Part shown: piece after piece, positions 1 through 12,332 of the stretch
Numbering within the stretch: the first letter of the stretch is position 1
How the letters are laid out: every line of letters starts with the position of its first letter
DNA from: Catajapyx aquilonaris
Taxonomy: Eukaryota
Direction: 5' to 3'
Assembly (NCBI GenBank): GCA_000934665.2
Contig: KZ538648.1
Location: 1 to 64,000, forward strand
DNA length: 64,000 nucleotides
Notes under the pieces: generated by a model
What the model saw: only the letters and a program-made list of their open reading frames with translations
Database searches by the model: none
Told to the model about the DNA's origin: nothing
Made by a program: the position numbers and the translations under genes

Positions 1-83
1 CAACCCCCCCACGCTCTTCTTTTTTCCTCAATTATTCTCAACGTCATACCCACATTTTTTCATGCAGGTTCTACAGCCTTCAA

Positions 84-217
84 CATCGCAAATGCCAGCC
101 AAGTGTAGCGTTGGAAATAAGTGGACTCACTATACAAAACAGCTGACCAGAAATCATCGATAATTCCAACCTTGCAACATCCGCGAACTGTGGTGCGCAC
201 TCGGTTTCGTGCGCAAA
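84..217 (-). mobile_element. MITE family A fragment (left TIR plus internal part; empty SINE target site at 161-176)
   Basis: Reverse complement reads ACCGAGTGCGCACCACAGTTCGCG...GGTTGGAATTATCGATGA...CACTTATTTCCAACGCTAC, matching copies at 1541, 1781, 19375 and 23922. Confidence 0.8.
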
Positions 218-615
218 GCTGGATTGATTTTGCAGAGACTCCCAATAATTTTGATTGGAAGGTGTTCATCATATAATTATTATAATACCTATTAAATGAA
301 AAATGAAAAAAAGTGAAACTCAGTTTTTAAATATTTGTCCACCTGAGTAGTGAAAACCTGGGTTCAGGTATCGACAATTTGGAAATTAATTTTGATATAA
401 ATTTTGTAGACAATATAGTTGAATATGACCATTTTTTGAGCCACATGTTGTTCAAGAACGACAATATTATTAAAATTTTTTTAGCTGCGCACAAGCATGA
501 TCGCCGAGATGATCGCACAGTGTAATATCCAATATGCAGTGTTGCCACATTGTGCAACTACCACTTATTTTTAATTAAATAATAATTTTTGTGAACAATA
601 TGGGATACAAATTGT

Positions 616-865
616 GTGTGTGGAACGCCAACGAGGTATAAATAGGGTACAGGCAAAAATAGGGTCCGCCTTCTTTGATGATTGTGGTGGCCATGGCAAC
701 TACATGGCAAGAATCAAAGATGGCAGACCCTATTTTTGCCTGTACCCTATTTATACCTCGTTGGCGTTCCACACACTTCAAAATGGCCGCCAGCCTTGGC
801 AACTCCCCAAACAGAGAGACGCAAAAATCGAATGTTTGCGCCTCTTATGTAGTATATGCTCCATG
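616..865. mobile_element. MITE family B, left-truncated copy (internal palindrome plus right TIR)
   Basis: Inverted arms GTGTGTGGAACGCCAACGAGGTATAAATAGGGTACAGGCAAAAATAGGGTC (from 616) and its complement (to 776). The right end ...GTAGTATATGCTCCATG matches the full copy at 55464-55823. Confidence 0.85.
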
Positions 866-1540
866 ATTCGGTAGTGTGTAAAATGACGTCTGATTGGTGC
901 CTAACTCGGGGTGGATCAGATTTCCAAGCAACCGCCTTGGACCTGTCCTCTTTTCACGGCTCATTTTCGGGCAGTGCCTAAAAAAGTGAGCCGGAAAACT
1001 AGTAATTAAATTCCTAACGAGGGTAGGCCAGGCGAGTGATTGATGCTCATCAGCTGGAAGCTGTGCAAGTCAGTAATCGGACCAGGGATTAGGATTAGCC
1101 CCCCACTCCATATTATAACCACCCCTTTGGCTTGGGTCTCTCATATCTATCTCTCAGGGCTCCAATACATATTTTTTGGGGGGGGAGGGAGGGGAAAGTG
1201 GGAAAAGAGGACGTCGTCGTCCATGTTTGGAAAAACAGCGTTTAGCCATATTCGGCCCGGGGTCGAATTTAGTGCTGCGAACGCGATAATGTAGCTGGGA
1301 GCTATACCGTGTTGATGGGGGCTGCGACGTGAGTGCGATATGGAATGGGAAAGTGTAAATCATCCGAGAGAGGAGGGGTGGTAGTAGGGGAGGTGGGATC
1401 AACAGCACTGGATCTACTATAATATGTGAGAGTGTGTAGACTATAGCCAAGCCTGGCTGCCAGATGCCACGGGGGAACCATCATCAGTTGGAACCCATTC
1501 ATTCATGGCCTGCTGACCAATTAATCACTCTATATGATGG

Positions 1541-1753
1541 ATTTTTTTTTGTACGAACGCAACCAAGTGCGCACCACAGTTGGCGCAGCATGCACGGTTG
1601 GCATGATCAATGGCAGTTGGCTAGCTCTGCACTTATTTCCAACGCTACGCCGAGATAAAATGGCCGACGTTTGCGACGCTGCCAAAGCTCTGGAACGAGT
1701 CTCACTGTACGTGGAAGTGTAGCCTAGTTTTTAAACATTTTCTCTACAAAAAA
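1541..1753 (+). mobile_element. MITE family A, partial copy, tandem duplicate of 1781-1990
   Basis: CAACCAAGTGCGCACCACAGTTGGCGCAGCATGCACGGTTGG...CACTTATTTCCAACGCTACGCCGA...TGGCCGACGTTTGCGACG...GTTTTTAAACATTTTCT is repeated about 240 bp downstream. Confidence 0.8.
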
Positions 1754-1969
1754 GTCATATACGAAACAAGTCGTTCATGATTTCTTTACGAGCACAACTG
1801 AGTGCGCACCACAGTTCGCGCAGCATGCAACGGTTGGCATTGCCAATGATAGTTGCCAAAATCTGCACTTGTTTCCAACCCTACGCCGAAACAAAATGGC
1901 CGACGTTTGCGACGTTGCCAATGCTCTGGAACGAGTCAGAGGCTATGGGTGTGTAGCATAGTTTTTATA

Positions 1970-2285
1970 AACATTTTCTATACAAAAAACAATGTAGAAC
2001 GGCTCTGTCCGTCCGTCTGTCCGTGGACAGGTGTCAGGGCCTAAGCTGTAAGAGATGTCCACAAACGGTTTTCGGATTCGGATTCAGCGTATCCTAAATA
2101 GGTTTCATGGTGACCTGCCACTTCCGGTTTTCCTGGGCCACTCTATCCGCCAAGGTCAAGTGTAGGGCCGCGTGACCTTCGATTCCTTGGTAACCAGAAA
2201 TGCGACTGACAATAACAATATGCCAGCGTTGTCCAGTTGGAATTTACTAGGCAATAAGAAAAAGTCTACCAGAATCACATTTGTT
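1970..2285 (+). mobile_element. DINE-1/Helentron-associated-like non-autonomous element
   Basis: TAGAACGGCTCTGTCCGTCCGTCTGTCCGTGGACAGGTGTCAGGGCCTA head with a GTCC/GTCT microsatellite, and a GGCAATAAGAAAAAGTCTACCAGAATCAC tail. Both are shared with 16226-16436. The repeat is seen directly; the classification is by resemblance. Confidence 0.6.
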
Positions 2286-2331
2286 TGGCTCCTGGGGAGT
2301 AACGCTGTCAACGTTGTTGTCAGAACACACA

Positions 2332-2593
2332 GGCGCGCATTCCTATCCTTGTGAGGTTTTTCCAAAATTTAAAATTTAAAACTAACATAACCTAACCTAA
2401 CTTACAAGGAAACACGAAATTTTGGTGAAATATATTTTTACTGTCTTTATGAGGTATTTTTCGATTTTACCCTATCCTTGTGAGGCGTGTGTTCACTATG
2501 AGGTACAGGAAAACGACCTCGTAATGACAAAATTCCTCACAAGGATAAGGAAAAACGCGTCAAAAATTCCTCACAAGGATAGCAATACACGTC
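2332..2593. mobile_element. MITE (family G) with doubled subterminal CTATCCTTGTGAGG motifs and a short CCTAA run
   Basis: CCTATCCTTGTGAGG at about 2342 and 2471, inverted CCTCACAAGGATA at about 2536 and 2568. Termini GGCGCGCATT / AATACACGTC. TSD unclear. Confidence 0.65.
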
Positions 2594-3769
2594 CACATTG
2601 GCTGCGCGAGTGTATGTGCGCACTCGGTTGTGCTCGTAAAAAAAAGTTCATCTACAGACGATCCGCCCAATTTTTTAGGTAAAAAAATATTTAAAAATAT
2701 TCATGTTTTCCATCCAGTGAGACTGATCCCAAGGATAGATGGGGAAATTTTGGAAATATACGACAGCTAATTGTGAGTTGAAAAAAAATGAAAGATGGGC
2801 AAAGGAGGAGCTAGATGGGGTAAAGTGTGTGTTGACATTATTAATAAAGTCTTCGGCAGCTTCTCTGCCTTTCGCTTTTCCAAGTTGGGTAGACAGGAGC
2901 CTGATTTGCTTGCTCTAACGCTCCAATTAACCCGGGTCTTGGGCTCCGATACTCTGGCCCGGAAACCAAATATCCGGATTAAGGAGGTAGGAGGAATGGC
3001 ACGCAAAAAAATATGTATTAGAATTTGGCAGGTAGGAGATGGAATTCAAATTATAGAGAAAAAATAAATTATCTGGAGTTCTGCATGAATTCCGGATTTT
3101 AGGGATTACTTTTGTTTAATGAAGAGCGATTTGCCCATGGTTTTTTTTTATTCCTCTTGAGTACTGCTGGTTTGCGTAAAATCTGCCATTTTTTGACCAG
3201 TTTGGACATAATCCGGTTTTCAGCGATCTCCCCCGCAAAAATTTTCTGCCATTACACTATTTCACGGGGAGGGGTTGAAAATCATGGTTGGGGAATTTAA
3301 CGTAGCTTGACCCTAAGCTATGTCATGCCAGTTAGCTCGATTGCAGAGAGGGTGGGGAGGGTAGTGTGGGAGGAGGGGGGTCAGAGGGGCATGAAATGAA
3401 ATTAAAACCTGATCGAACCCGAACGATTAATTTAATTCCCGAGGATTAAATCTATTTGTTAGTTGGATTATCCCCCCCCCCTCTATCCCGCCTCCCCTCC
3501 CTCCACCCCCTACTACATGTCTGCGATTTTCCATTGCCCACTAATTGCCCACACGCTTCCATGTCACTTCTCGCAAAAAAAAAATCGTAAAAAAAGTTCG
3601 CAGTTAATCACTAATGACACTAATTTTTTTACTGGCGAGTCAAGAACTAAATTCATATACGGTTGTAAGTTGTCCTATTTCCAGCACTGGTGTAAAATCT
3701 CATTACTGTCATTTCGGTGCTATTTTCGATCAAAATCTTTTCACACAATATGCTCAGGAAAAAGTTATT

Positions 3770-4640
3770 AATACGACTATAACAGCTATTGAAAAGCCAT
3801 AAAAATTATTAATAAGGCTATATCAGTTATTGAAAAGTTAGAATATTTTTATCTAGTACGTCGTAACTGTTAATATAACAGATATGCCTTAAATAACTCA
3901 GGAGAGGCTGCAACGTTGCTATAACAGATACAACATTAGGTGTTGTAACAGCTATAATACTGATGTAACAGCAGTCATTAATGCTTTATAATAGTGATAA
4001 TAGGGATAATATTAATTAATTAAGAATAGTTATATTTATAACAGTTATAATATTTATAGCAGTTATGATATTTATAACAGTTGTGATATTTATAACAGTT
4101 ACGATATTTATAACAGTTGCGATATTTATAACAGTTACTATATTGATAATGGCTACAATATTTATGATAGGTACGATATTTATAACAGTTACGATATTTA
4201 TAACAGTTACGATATTTATAATAGTTACGATATTTATAATAGTTACGATATTTATAATAGTTACGATATTTATAACAGTTACGATATTTATAACAGTTAC
4301 GATATTGATAATGGTTACGATATTTATAACAGTTACGATATTGATAATGGTTACGATATTTATAATAGTTACGATATTTATAACAGTTACAATATTGATA
4401 ATGGTTACGATATTTACAACAGTTGCGATATTTATAACAGTTACGATATTTATAACTGTTGACGTGTTAATAAAACAGCTGTGCTTAAAATAACTCTGGA
4501 GAATGCAACATTGTAACAGCTAGATCAAATATGTGACTGCTGTAACAGCTATAAATGTTGCTGTAAAAGTCATTAATAAGTTATAAAAGTTATTAATGGG
4601 TGGAATATTTATTGTATAGTGATAACAGTTAACAGAACAT
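3770..4640. repeat. AT-rich degenerate satellite field with a homogeneous 18-bp minisatellite core at about 4027-4460
   Basis: Tandem GATATTTATAACAGTTAC units, more than 20 copies. Flanks are built of decayed TAACAGCTAT/TAACAGTT motifs. Confidence 0.9.
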
Positions 4641-5176
4641 AATTATACGCTTCAAAATAGCTCAGGAGGCTGCGGCGTTGCCACATTTAATTTCTCGTGT
4701 TGCGACAAGCATAGAGTTTATGATTGTGTTGACTGTTCTTTCTTGTGTGTATGTGTGTGAGGCCACGTAGGTTCAAATTGAGAGTCAGCACCACCCCCAC
4801 ATTGGCCCACCCTCCACCTAAATCCATCCAGTCCGCCAGAAAAAAAAGCGATTCCCTCTGGAGAAGAAAGACTCTTTAACTTGCAATGAGGCAACCGGAC
4901 AAGGGAAAACAACCTATTTGAAGTTATATCAAAGTTTCACCCCACAAAATCTAATGCGGGCTTTTGGAAGGTGGAGGTGGGGAGGGAGGGAGGGAGGGAG
5001 GGAAGGAAGGAAGGAAGGAAGGAAGGAGGGGGGGGGGGACTGTGCCTTGTTCCCAAAGTCTGTTAGCATTCAAGCTGGCTTCTGGAAAAAAGCAGAAATG
5101 ATGTTTGGAAGCCCATCAAAAACTCAGAAAAAAAAGTTTTCGTGTGTGTCACGCAGGGTGGGGCAGTCGCAAGGTA

Positions 5177-5238
5177 ACCTGAAGCTCAAATGAGCCTCCA
5201 AGACAGGCTTCTCTTGCAGGCTAATTTGAGCTTCAGGT
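5177..5238. repeat. Inverted repeat (27-bp arms), probable MITE remnant
   Basis: ACCTGAAGCTCAAATGAGCCTCCAAGA versus TCTTGCAGGCTAATTTGAGCTTCAGGT, with two mismatches and an 8-bp loop. Confidence 0.7.
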
Positions 5239-7709
5239 CTGCCACTGTGCACTAAATGAGGAGAAACAACATACAGTGTGTGTCCACTCTCATCGTATGA
5301 TCCCAGCTGTAATTATATAGTAATTTTGCTCCCGAACTTTACCGCCATATTAATTGTGGCTTGTGATACGGGACTAACGTGTACACAAACACGGCCGCCA
5401 AATTACCGGAACAATGCGATAGTTTGTCCGCAATCGTGTTTAATGAATCGCACTGTTTCAATGGGGCGCTGCAAATACGTCATAAAAACCCCTCTTTTTT
5501 AAAAATCGATCCAATTAAGAGGAACAGTATAAGATATTAATTGGCGAATCTGCATATTATTATTATTACTATTATCACAGTAACCAATCAGCATCCAGGG
5601 GGGCATGTAGCTGATTGCTATTATTATAATACATGATGCAACTATTGCACGACAGGTCACATCATCCATGGGCAAAACTAGTAGTTTTAAGCCTGGGTTT
5701 GTCCGCCGTGAGTCATCAGAGATGCGTCATTTATGTGCTACGTACGGTACGCGTCCACTGCCGGAAAGTGTTGCCAAATTTGATTTCCTATATGCATCAA
5801 TTGGACTTATTTTGGGGGGTGTACACTGTACATCGACTGATAACGGCTCTTTTTAAGTTTCTAGCCCATTGTTGCTACTTTTCACACCTTAGCAGCTACA
5901 TTTATTTGTTTTCCTTCATCCCATGTTTGAACCTTTAGTATCAACAGAGAATGGGATTTTTTGTATGTGTGTCCAGAAGTCCATCTGCTGAAAGAAGTTT
6001 GTTTTAATGCCAGCTGACAAGGCAATATTGTGGTGGACCAGAGTTTTTTTTTTTCGGGGAGTGGGTGGGTTTGTCCAGCGAGGATTGGTTGGTGGACCGA
6101 GGGGGGTTGACCACAGAGAGGTTTGTCGGGTAGATTTTTCCCCCCTCCGTTGTTTTATTTTTTTTTGGAAAGGGCCAAGAGGGGGGTTCAGTATTGTTCC
6201 ACAGCAGTAACTTTTGATACGGACTAGCCAGCGGGGGTTGGCAATACTAGAACAAAAAAAAATTATATAAAGCAGAGTTTGGTAAACATGCTTCACTCTA
6301 GGGTTCTTATGCTGTCTCATTTTTCTATGCTAGTTGAGCTTGACTCGATGTAAAACCGCAATTTTTTTTTGTACTACTGTAGTACTGTGCTCCGGATTCC
6401 AAAGCAAAAGTTGCATCCGGGATGCACGCAACTGGACTTCTCGTGTGGCAAGAGGCTCCGGATTATAAGAACGTCCGGATTATCCAATGCTTTGCGAAAT
6501 GTAGCGTCGACGTCCATTATGGCGAATTCCACCAAATTTCCGTGATTTAAAATAAGCCAGCTTTAACACTAGAATACGGTACACAAGAAGAGACATTTTA
6601 ACTATGATTTCTACCAGGTAACCTCGAGAGAGCTTAATTCTTCACTTTGTGTTCACACATTATTAGGGGGAAAAAACTGAAAACGGCACGAAACATGGCC
6701 AAGAATTACCAGCATTGAAAGGTAAATTCGACAGTAACTTTCTGGGTGGTTTCTGTACTTTGGTGAGAAATTTCTACTGTTTGTACTAGCGATAAGCCGA
6801 ATTTAACTGTCTACTGTGGTAAAGCATGTTCTTAGCTATGTTTCTTGCTTGTCGCTTTTTTTAAAAGAATGAATGTGAACTGAGATAATTGAAGAAAAAA
6901 AACAGCTGTTCTGGCAACACGTCACGCGACGTCACACTGACGTGATTCCCAGCCAACTTTAAAACGGCATATCTCCCATTCGGTTAGGCCTAGAACAACC
7001 GGACTTTGATCCTCACGTTTCATTCCCTTCCAGCTCCACGCTCGGGCATTAATTCCGCAGTCTGCTCGCGTAAAATCCGCGTCAGAAAAACCGCTTCCCG
7101 CCTTATCAGGGGGCAACTGTGGAGCTCGTCTCCAACCCTTTAGCAAGCGAGTGTTCCACCGTGTGTTGTCCCCCGGTGCAATCTTAGAAACTGCGGGCAT
7201 GCTCATGAAGCACTCCTGGAAAGGAAGGGAGAAGGAGACGCTTTGAAATGGTAAAGACCTAGAGGGAAACCGGATGAGATGGAGAGAGGATGAGACGAGT
7301 TTCCTCTTGGCCGCCTTTGTTCCTCAAACTCCTCGAGAGGAGCCTTCTCACCTTTCCCTTGCTCTGGCTCCTTCAGGATTCCCCAGGATTTTCGTGTCCT
7401 TGCGTCCATCAAGTCGAGCGAATTAGCACGTAGTTCGAGCTATATAGTCAGGTCGAGTGTAAAGGTAAAAGGGGGTGAAAGAAGGGGGGGGGGGGGTAGT
7501 GGAAAAGTCTGGGGTTTGCCAACGCAGAGTACTCGACCTCGAAACTATATAAGCGCCAACTGAGGCTTCCCTGATGGCCCCCTTTTCAGCTCGCAAAAGT
7601 TTGCACGTAAAAAAGTTTTTTTTTGCACCGTCCTCCAGTTTTTGGTTTTCATAAAATAGTCGGTTGAAGGAAACATGTACCCAGAAGTGACATCACCGCA
7701 CAAATAAAC

Positions 7710-7965
7710 CTAGTTCCTAATTTTGGCAACACTGCTTGGCCCACTCCCCAACTTGGACATAGTACGATAGGCCACTACCAGTTGGCGCATAGGCTCTTCC
7801 TCTGCACACTCCTGCCACTCTCAGAGAGAAATCGGTACTGCCTGCACGTTGGTGATGAGTCACTTCGCAGACAAAGTCCACCAGGGCGCTATCTTAATTG
7901 TTGAACGAGGAAAGTGAAAGCTATGGTAACTACTACCTAGGTGATGAGTCAATTTGTTTACGGTG
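7710..7965 (-). mobile_element. Non-autonomous Helitron family E, partial
   Basis: CTAG at 7710 followed by TTTTGGCAACACTGC...GCACGTTGGTGATGAGTCAC...TAATTGTTGAACGAGGAAAGTGAAA, collinear with 32493 and 48276. Confidence 0.75.
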
Positions 7966-8096
7966 GATTGTGAAAATGGCAACGCCGCACTTTTAACCGG
8001 CCGTTTAGGACTGTTGGTGACTTGGTGCAACCGGTTCGGTTTCTGACCAACTTTTTTTTCTTGTTTTAGGAACCGGGCTTAGGTGTGGTTCGTATA

Positions 8097-8098
<2 letters not shown>

Positions 8099-8159
<61 letters not shown>
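8099..8159. repeat. (TC)n microsatellite
   Basis: About 30 perfect TC units. Confidence 0.98.
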
Positions 8160-8164
<5 letters not shown>

Positions 8165-8479
8165 CTGGGTGGTCGAAGGCAAGGTAATGAAGGCGTTAAA
8201 TCAGAAGGATGGCAGGTGGAAGCGTCGAGAGCGCCCCGGGAGAGCACCACGCTTCATTCCCTTCGCCCCGAGACTTCTCTCCCCCTCTCCCCATTTGTCC
8301 TGCCTTGCCTGACGTTGGGGGTGTAAAAGGGGTGGTGGTGGAAGGATGTGGGGGTTGCGTCTCCCCCCAAAAAAGTTGGGCCAGAAATCCCCAATGAGGA
8401 ATCACCAATTTGGTCCAGGAAAATTCATACCTGCTGGTCTATAGTCGAGAAGTTGGCATCCTTGGTCGTAGGATCGAAT

Positions 8480-9520
8480 AACAGTAGCTGAAATATTTGG
8501 AGTAACTGCTACTATAATAGCAGTGAGCAACTAGCAGTTCTCGGAGTAACTGCTACTATAATAGCAGTGAGCAACTAGCAGTCCTCGGAGTAAGCTGCTA
8601 TTAAGAACAGTTAACGAATATCAGTTCTTCTATCTATAGAGTAACTGCTGTTGATAGTAGTAGTAATTGCATAGCCGTTCTTGAAGAAAACTGTTACCGA
8701 AAGCAGTTAACGAATAGCAGTTCTTCTATCTCTAGAATAACTGCTGTTAATAGTAGTAAAATCACAGCAGTTCTTGAAGCAAACTCTTACCAAAAGCAGT
8801 TAACGAATGGCAGTTCTAGTAGCTATACAGGGTGGACCAACTTCAAGTGTCGTTTTATAACGGCTATTAATAGAAGCGCTTTACGATTGACGTAGCAGCG
8901 ACGTGTAAAATGACCCACTTCGGCGCCATCGAAAATATTAGCTGCCAATTAGCTGCCCTATTGGCAGCTAATATTTTCGATGGCACCGAAGTGGGACATT
9001 TTACACGTCGCTGCTACGTCATCGCAAAATCATTGCTATTAATCGCCGTTATAAAACGACACTTGAAGTTGCTCCACCCCTCGCTCCACCCCTGTACAAT
9101 AACTTCCATTGATAGAAGTGAGATAATAGCAGTTCTTTGAACAAGATACTATTAAGAGCAGTTAACTAATAGCAGATCTTGTAGCGGTTACAGAGTAGCT
9201 GCTATTTAAAGCAGTTAGGGAATAGCAGTAATTGGAACCAGATGCCATTAAAAGCAGGTAACGCGTAGCTGTTCTCGGAGCTGTTACAGAGTAGCTGTAT
9301 TTAGAACAGCGACTATCAGTTATTGGAACAAGCTGTTATTAAGAGAAGTTAACGCTTAGCAGTTCTTGGAGGTATTACAGAGCAGCTGCTATTTAGGAAA
9401 TTTAGCGAATAGCAGTCCTTGAAACAAGCTCCTATTAAAAGCAATTAACGCTTAGAAGTTCTTGGAGCTGTTACAAAGTAGCTGCTATTTTGAACATATA
9501 GCAACTAGCAGTTCTTGGAG
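8480..9520 (+). repeat. Degenerate satellite field (AGCTGCTATTAA / AGCAGTT / CAGTTCTTGGA motifs, about 21-bp subunits)
   Basis: The motifs recur throughout. There is a near-exact 42-bp tandem duplication GGAGTAACTGCTACTATAATAGCAGTGAGCAACTAGCAGT at about 8499-8590. The field is interrupted by MITE D at 8828-9094. Confidence 0.8.
8828..9094 (+). mobile_element. Tc1/mariner-type palindromic MITE family D, copy 1 (longest)
   Basis: TA|CAGGGTGGACCAACTTCAAGTGTCGTTTTATAACGGC ... GCCGTTATAAAACGACACTTGAAGTT..CACCCCTG|TA. Almost entirely self-complementary. Confidence 0.9.
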
Positions 9521-10584
9521 CGTATATGTATAGGCTGGTTTCTGGAGGCGACAAAGACGGATGGTCGTCGTCTATGTGTGCTCCAGCGTGACAGGGATAT
9601 TTGGTATGGTGGTTGGTGGGCGTCGGAGGGTGGGGGCGTCGGAGGGTTGAAGGCGCGGTGGCATATGAGAATCACTTTGATCGGAAGCAGGGAGTCATGA
9701 ATGGATGCGATTTTCCACTCCATTGCTGCTGTAAGGGGGAGCAGAGGTTGGCGAGCAAAAGAGCCCACCAGACCCAACCAAAGAAGTCTTCTGCTGGTGG
9801 GTGGAGGGTGGGGTTGGATCCAGGGGGAGCTTACAACCCACCCACCCACCCACCCACAGCCGCAGGATCGCAAAAATTTCTGCTGACTTGTTGGGACAAA
9901 TATCTCATCATTTGCATGGAAAAGAAGAGCCCCCTCAGTATATAGCTGGGCGAGCTGAAAATGTAATTTTGGCAACACTGGTAGTCACGTGATGTCAATG
10001 GTCCAATAGCAGCACTTTCCGATTCGATGAGTGTGACCAGCCAATGCTAAATATTAAAAAATTCGGGGGCAAAAACCGTGTCTAATATTGGATTTAAAAT
10101 TTTGATGCCATCTTGGAGGAGTTGAGAATCCAATATTTTCCAAGTCAGCACCCTTTTTGCCATTGGACCGACTTTTCCTCCCCTCCTTCCCCCACCCACC
10201 CGCCCACCCACCACTCCCTGAAAGTATACTTGATTAATATTCCTACCACATTCGTTAATCGATTAGTAAGGCCTGGGAGTGGCTCCGAACAAATCAGGGC
10301 TCTGGACGGAAGAGTGATTTGGGAGCCATTTCTCCAAACTTTGAGAGATATTGTCGCAAGGAACCGGGGGAGAGGCTGGGGGGTTTGGTTGGGTGGGGTA
10401 AGGGGGAGGGGGGGTGGTAAAGGAAAGGAAAGGAAGGAAGGAAGGAAGGAAGCAGGAAAAGGAAGTTGGTGGTGGAGACAAATTAACCCAAAATTCCCGA
10501 TTGATTAAATCTGAAAGCGGTCCTGATTGAAGCACACTTTTTTTTCCTTCTTATTCAATTCGGTCCACCAGGACATGCTGGTCT

Positions 10585-11342
10585 CAATAGAAGCTACTTC
10601 GCGAGCTGCTACGCTTTCACTGCTATAAATAGCGTACTCTATAGCCACAGGAACTGCCTTTAACAGCAGCTACTTCAAACGGTTCGAAAGCGGCTATTCT
10701 TCACTGGTATAAATAGCAGTTATAATGTAGCTGCAAAACTGCTGTTTGTTAACTGCTTGTAATAGCAGTTACTCTGTCGCTACAAAAACCTGCTGTTCAT
10801 AGCAACTATGTTGTACGCTCCAAGAGCTGCTGTTTCAAGTGCCGTTTTCATCACTCATAGCTACAAGAACTGTTTTTAACAGCAGCTACTTCATACGTTT
10901 CAAGAGCTGCTTTGCTTTCACTTCTATAAATAGCAGTCACAATATAACTGCAAAACTGCTCTTTGTTAACTGCTTTTAATAACAGCTTGCTCCAAGAACT
11001 GCTATTTGTTCACTGCTTGTAATAGCAGTTACTCTGTTGCTACAAAAACTGCTGTTCATAGCAAACTACGCTGTATGCTTCAAGAGCTGCTGTTTCAAGT
11101 GCTGTTTTCACTTCATAGTTACAAGAACTGCTTTTAACTGCAGCTACTTCATACGTTTCAAGAGCTGCTGTGCTTTCACTGCTGTAAATAGCGGTTACCA
11201 TATAACTGCAAAACTGCTGTTTGTTAACTGCGTTTCATAATAACTTGCTCCAAGAACTGCTATTTGCTCGATGCTTGTAATAGCGGTTACTATACAGTAT
11301 AGCTACAAGAACTGATATTCGTTAACTGCTCTTAATAGCAGT
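10585..11342 (-). repeat. Same degenerate satellite family as 8480-9520, inverted, with a higher-order period of about 260 bp
   Basis: AAGAACTGATATTCGTTAACTGCTCTTAATAGCAG (about 11307-11341) is the reverse complement of about 8595-8629. The block starting at 10751 recurs at 11011, and the block at 10944 recurs at 11202. Confidence 0.8.
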
Positions 11343-11351
11343 TTGGTCGTG

Positions 11352-11519
11352 CAGTGTTGGTCATATATCGAGGCAACCGCCAGCGACATTATCCGAAGCG
11401 GCAGAAGAAGGAATCTTGCTCGCCCGGCTTGTACGTAATACGTATGCTTATCTTCCATTCCTTCTTCTGCCGCTTCGGAAAATGTCGCTGGCGGTTGCCT
11501 CGATATATGACCAACACTG
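11352..11519. mobile_element. Young fold-back MITE (family H), 63-bp TIRs
   Basis: Arm 11352-11414 (CAGTGTTGGTCATATATCGAGGCAACCGCC...AAGAAGGAAT) pairs with 11457-11519 with one mismatch; 42-bp spacer. Flanks are TG and TA. Confidence 0.85.
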
Positions 11520-12332
11520 TACAGTGTACACTGCCCAAGTCTACGTTTGGTGGATCGTCTAGCAAATATATTCGAAAAAGAAGGCAATAATCAGGGTGGA
11601 ATTATTAGAACAAAGCCAATCACGACCTGCGACGTCATGGCCAATCGTGGCGCTCAGGACGTGACCCTGGAATATCGATATATCGATACTTGGACAAGCG
11701 CTTCCGCCTAGCTGCTATGCTTCTTTTTTCTGCTTATTCCGGAGCTTATCTCCGGATTAAAGCTGGTTCCTTGATTCCCTGTGTGTGCGGTAATGAAAAT
11801 CCGGATTGAAGCCCAGCAATTAGGCCTATCATGGGCGACCTTGACGACTGCCGAATTTGCATTTGGCGGTGGTTTCTGCTGAAGGGAGAGTCGCAGCAAT
11901 TCTCTCTCTTTCCCCCTCCCCGCTCCTCCTTTCCCCCATCTGGGATTCAAAGAGCATCTTTCCCGCTAGCGTAATCGGCATTAAGAATGAGATTAATCCA
12001 CCGCGCTCGCTCTTATTAGCCGTGGCCCGGACTCATCCGAGAAGCAATTTCAAGCCCCGAATCCCGGAAAAGGGAAGCTGGGAATCCGGAGTTAGGTGAA
12101 GGGAAAGGGAGGAGGAGGAGGAGGAGGAAGGAAAAGCTGGGGAGCGAGAACAGGGCCCAGAAACCCGGAACGACGACGCGAGGGTCGAACCCAGGACTTC
12201 ATTTCCTCCGGGCCCGACTTGCCTTCCGGATTAATCGCCTTATAGCTATGTACCAGACAACCAAGCGAAAAGACCTGGTTTTTATCATGTACGCTAACAA
12301 CAACAACGACAGCAACAGCAGAAATGGCTGTG

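Larger units (their letters stand above)
1781..2654 (+). mobile_element. MITE family A copy interrupted by two nested insertions
   Basis: Left TIR TTTACGAGCACAACTGAGTGCGCACCACAG. Family A internal segment ACGTTGTTGTCAGAACA at 2311-2327. Right TIR GTGCGCACTCGGTTGTGCTCGTAAAAAAAAGTTCATCTA ending at 2654. Confidence 0.75.

Noticed and set aside
4065..4493. 142-aa ORF of repeated ITVTIF
   Set aside because: It is a translation of the 18-bp minisatellite, which has no stop codon in that frame. There is no evidence of a gene.
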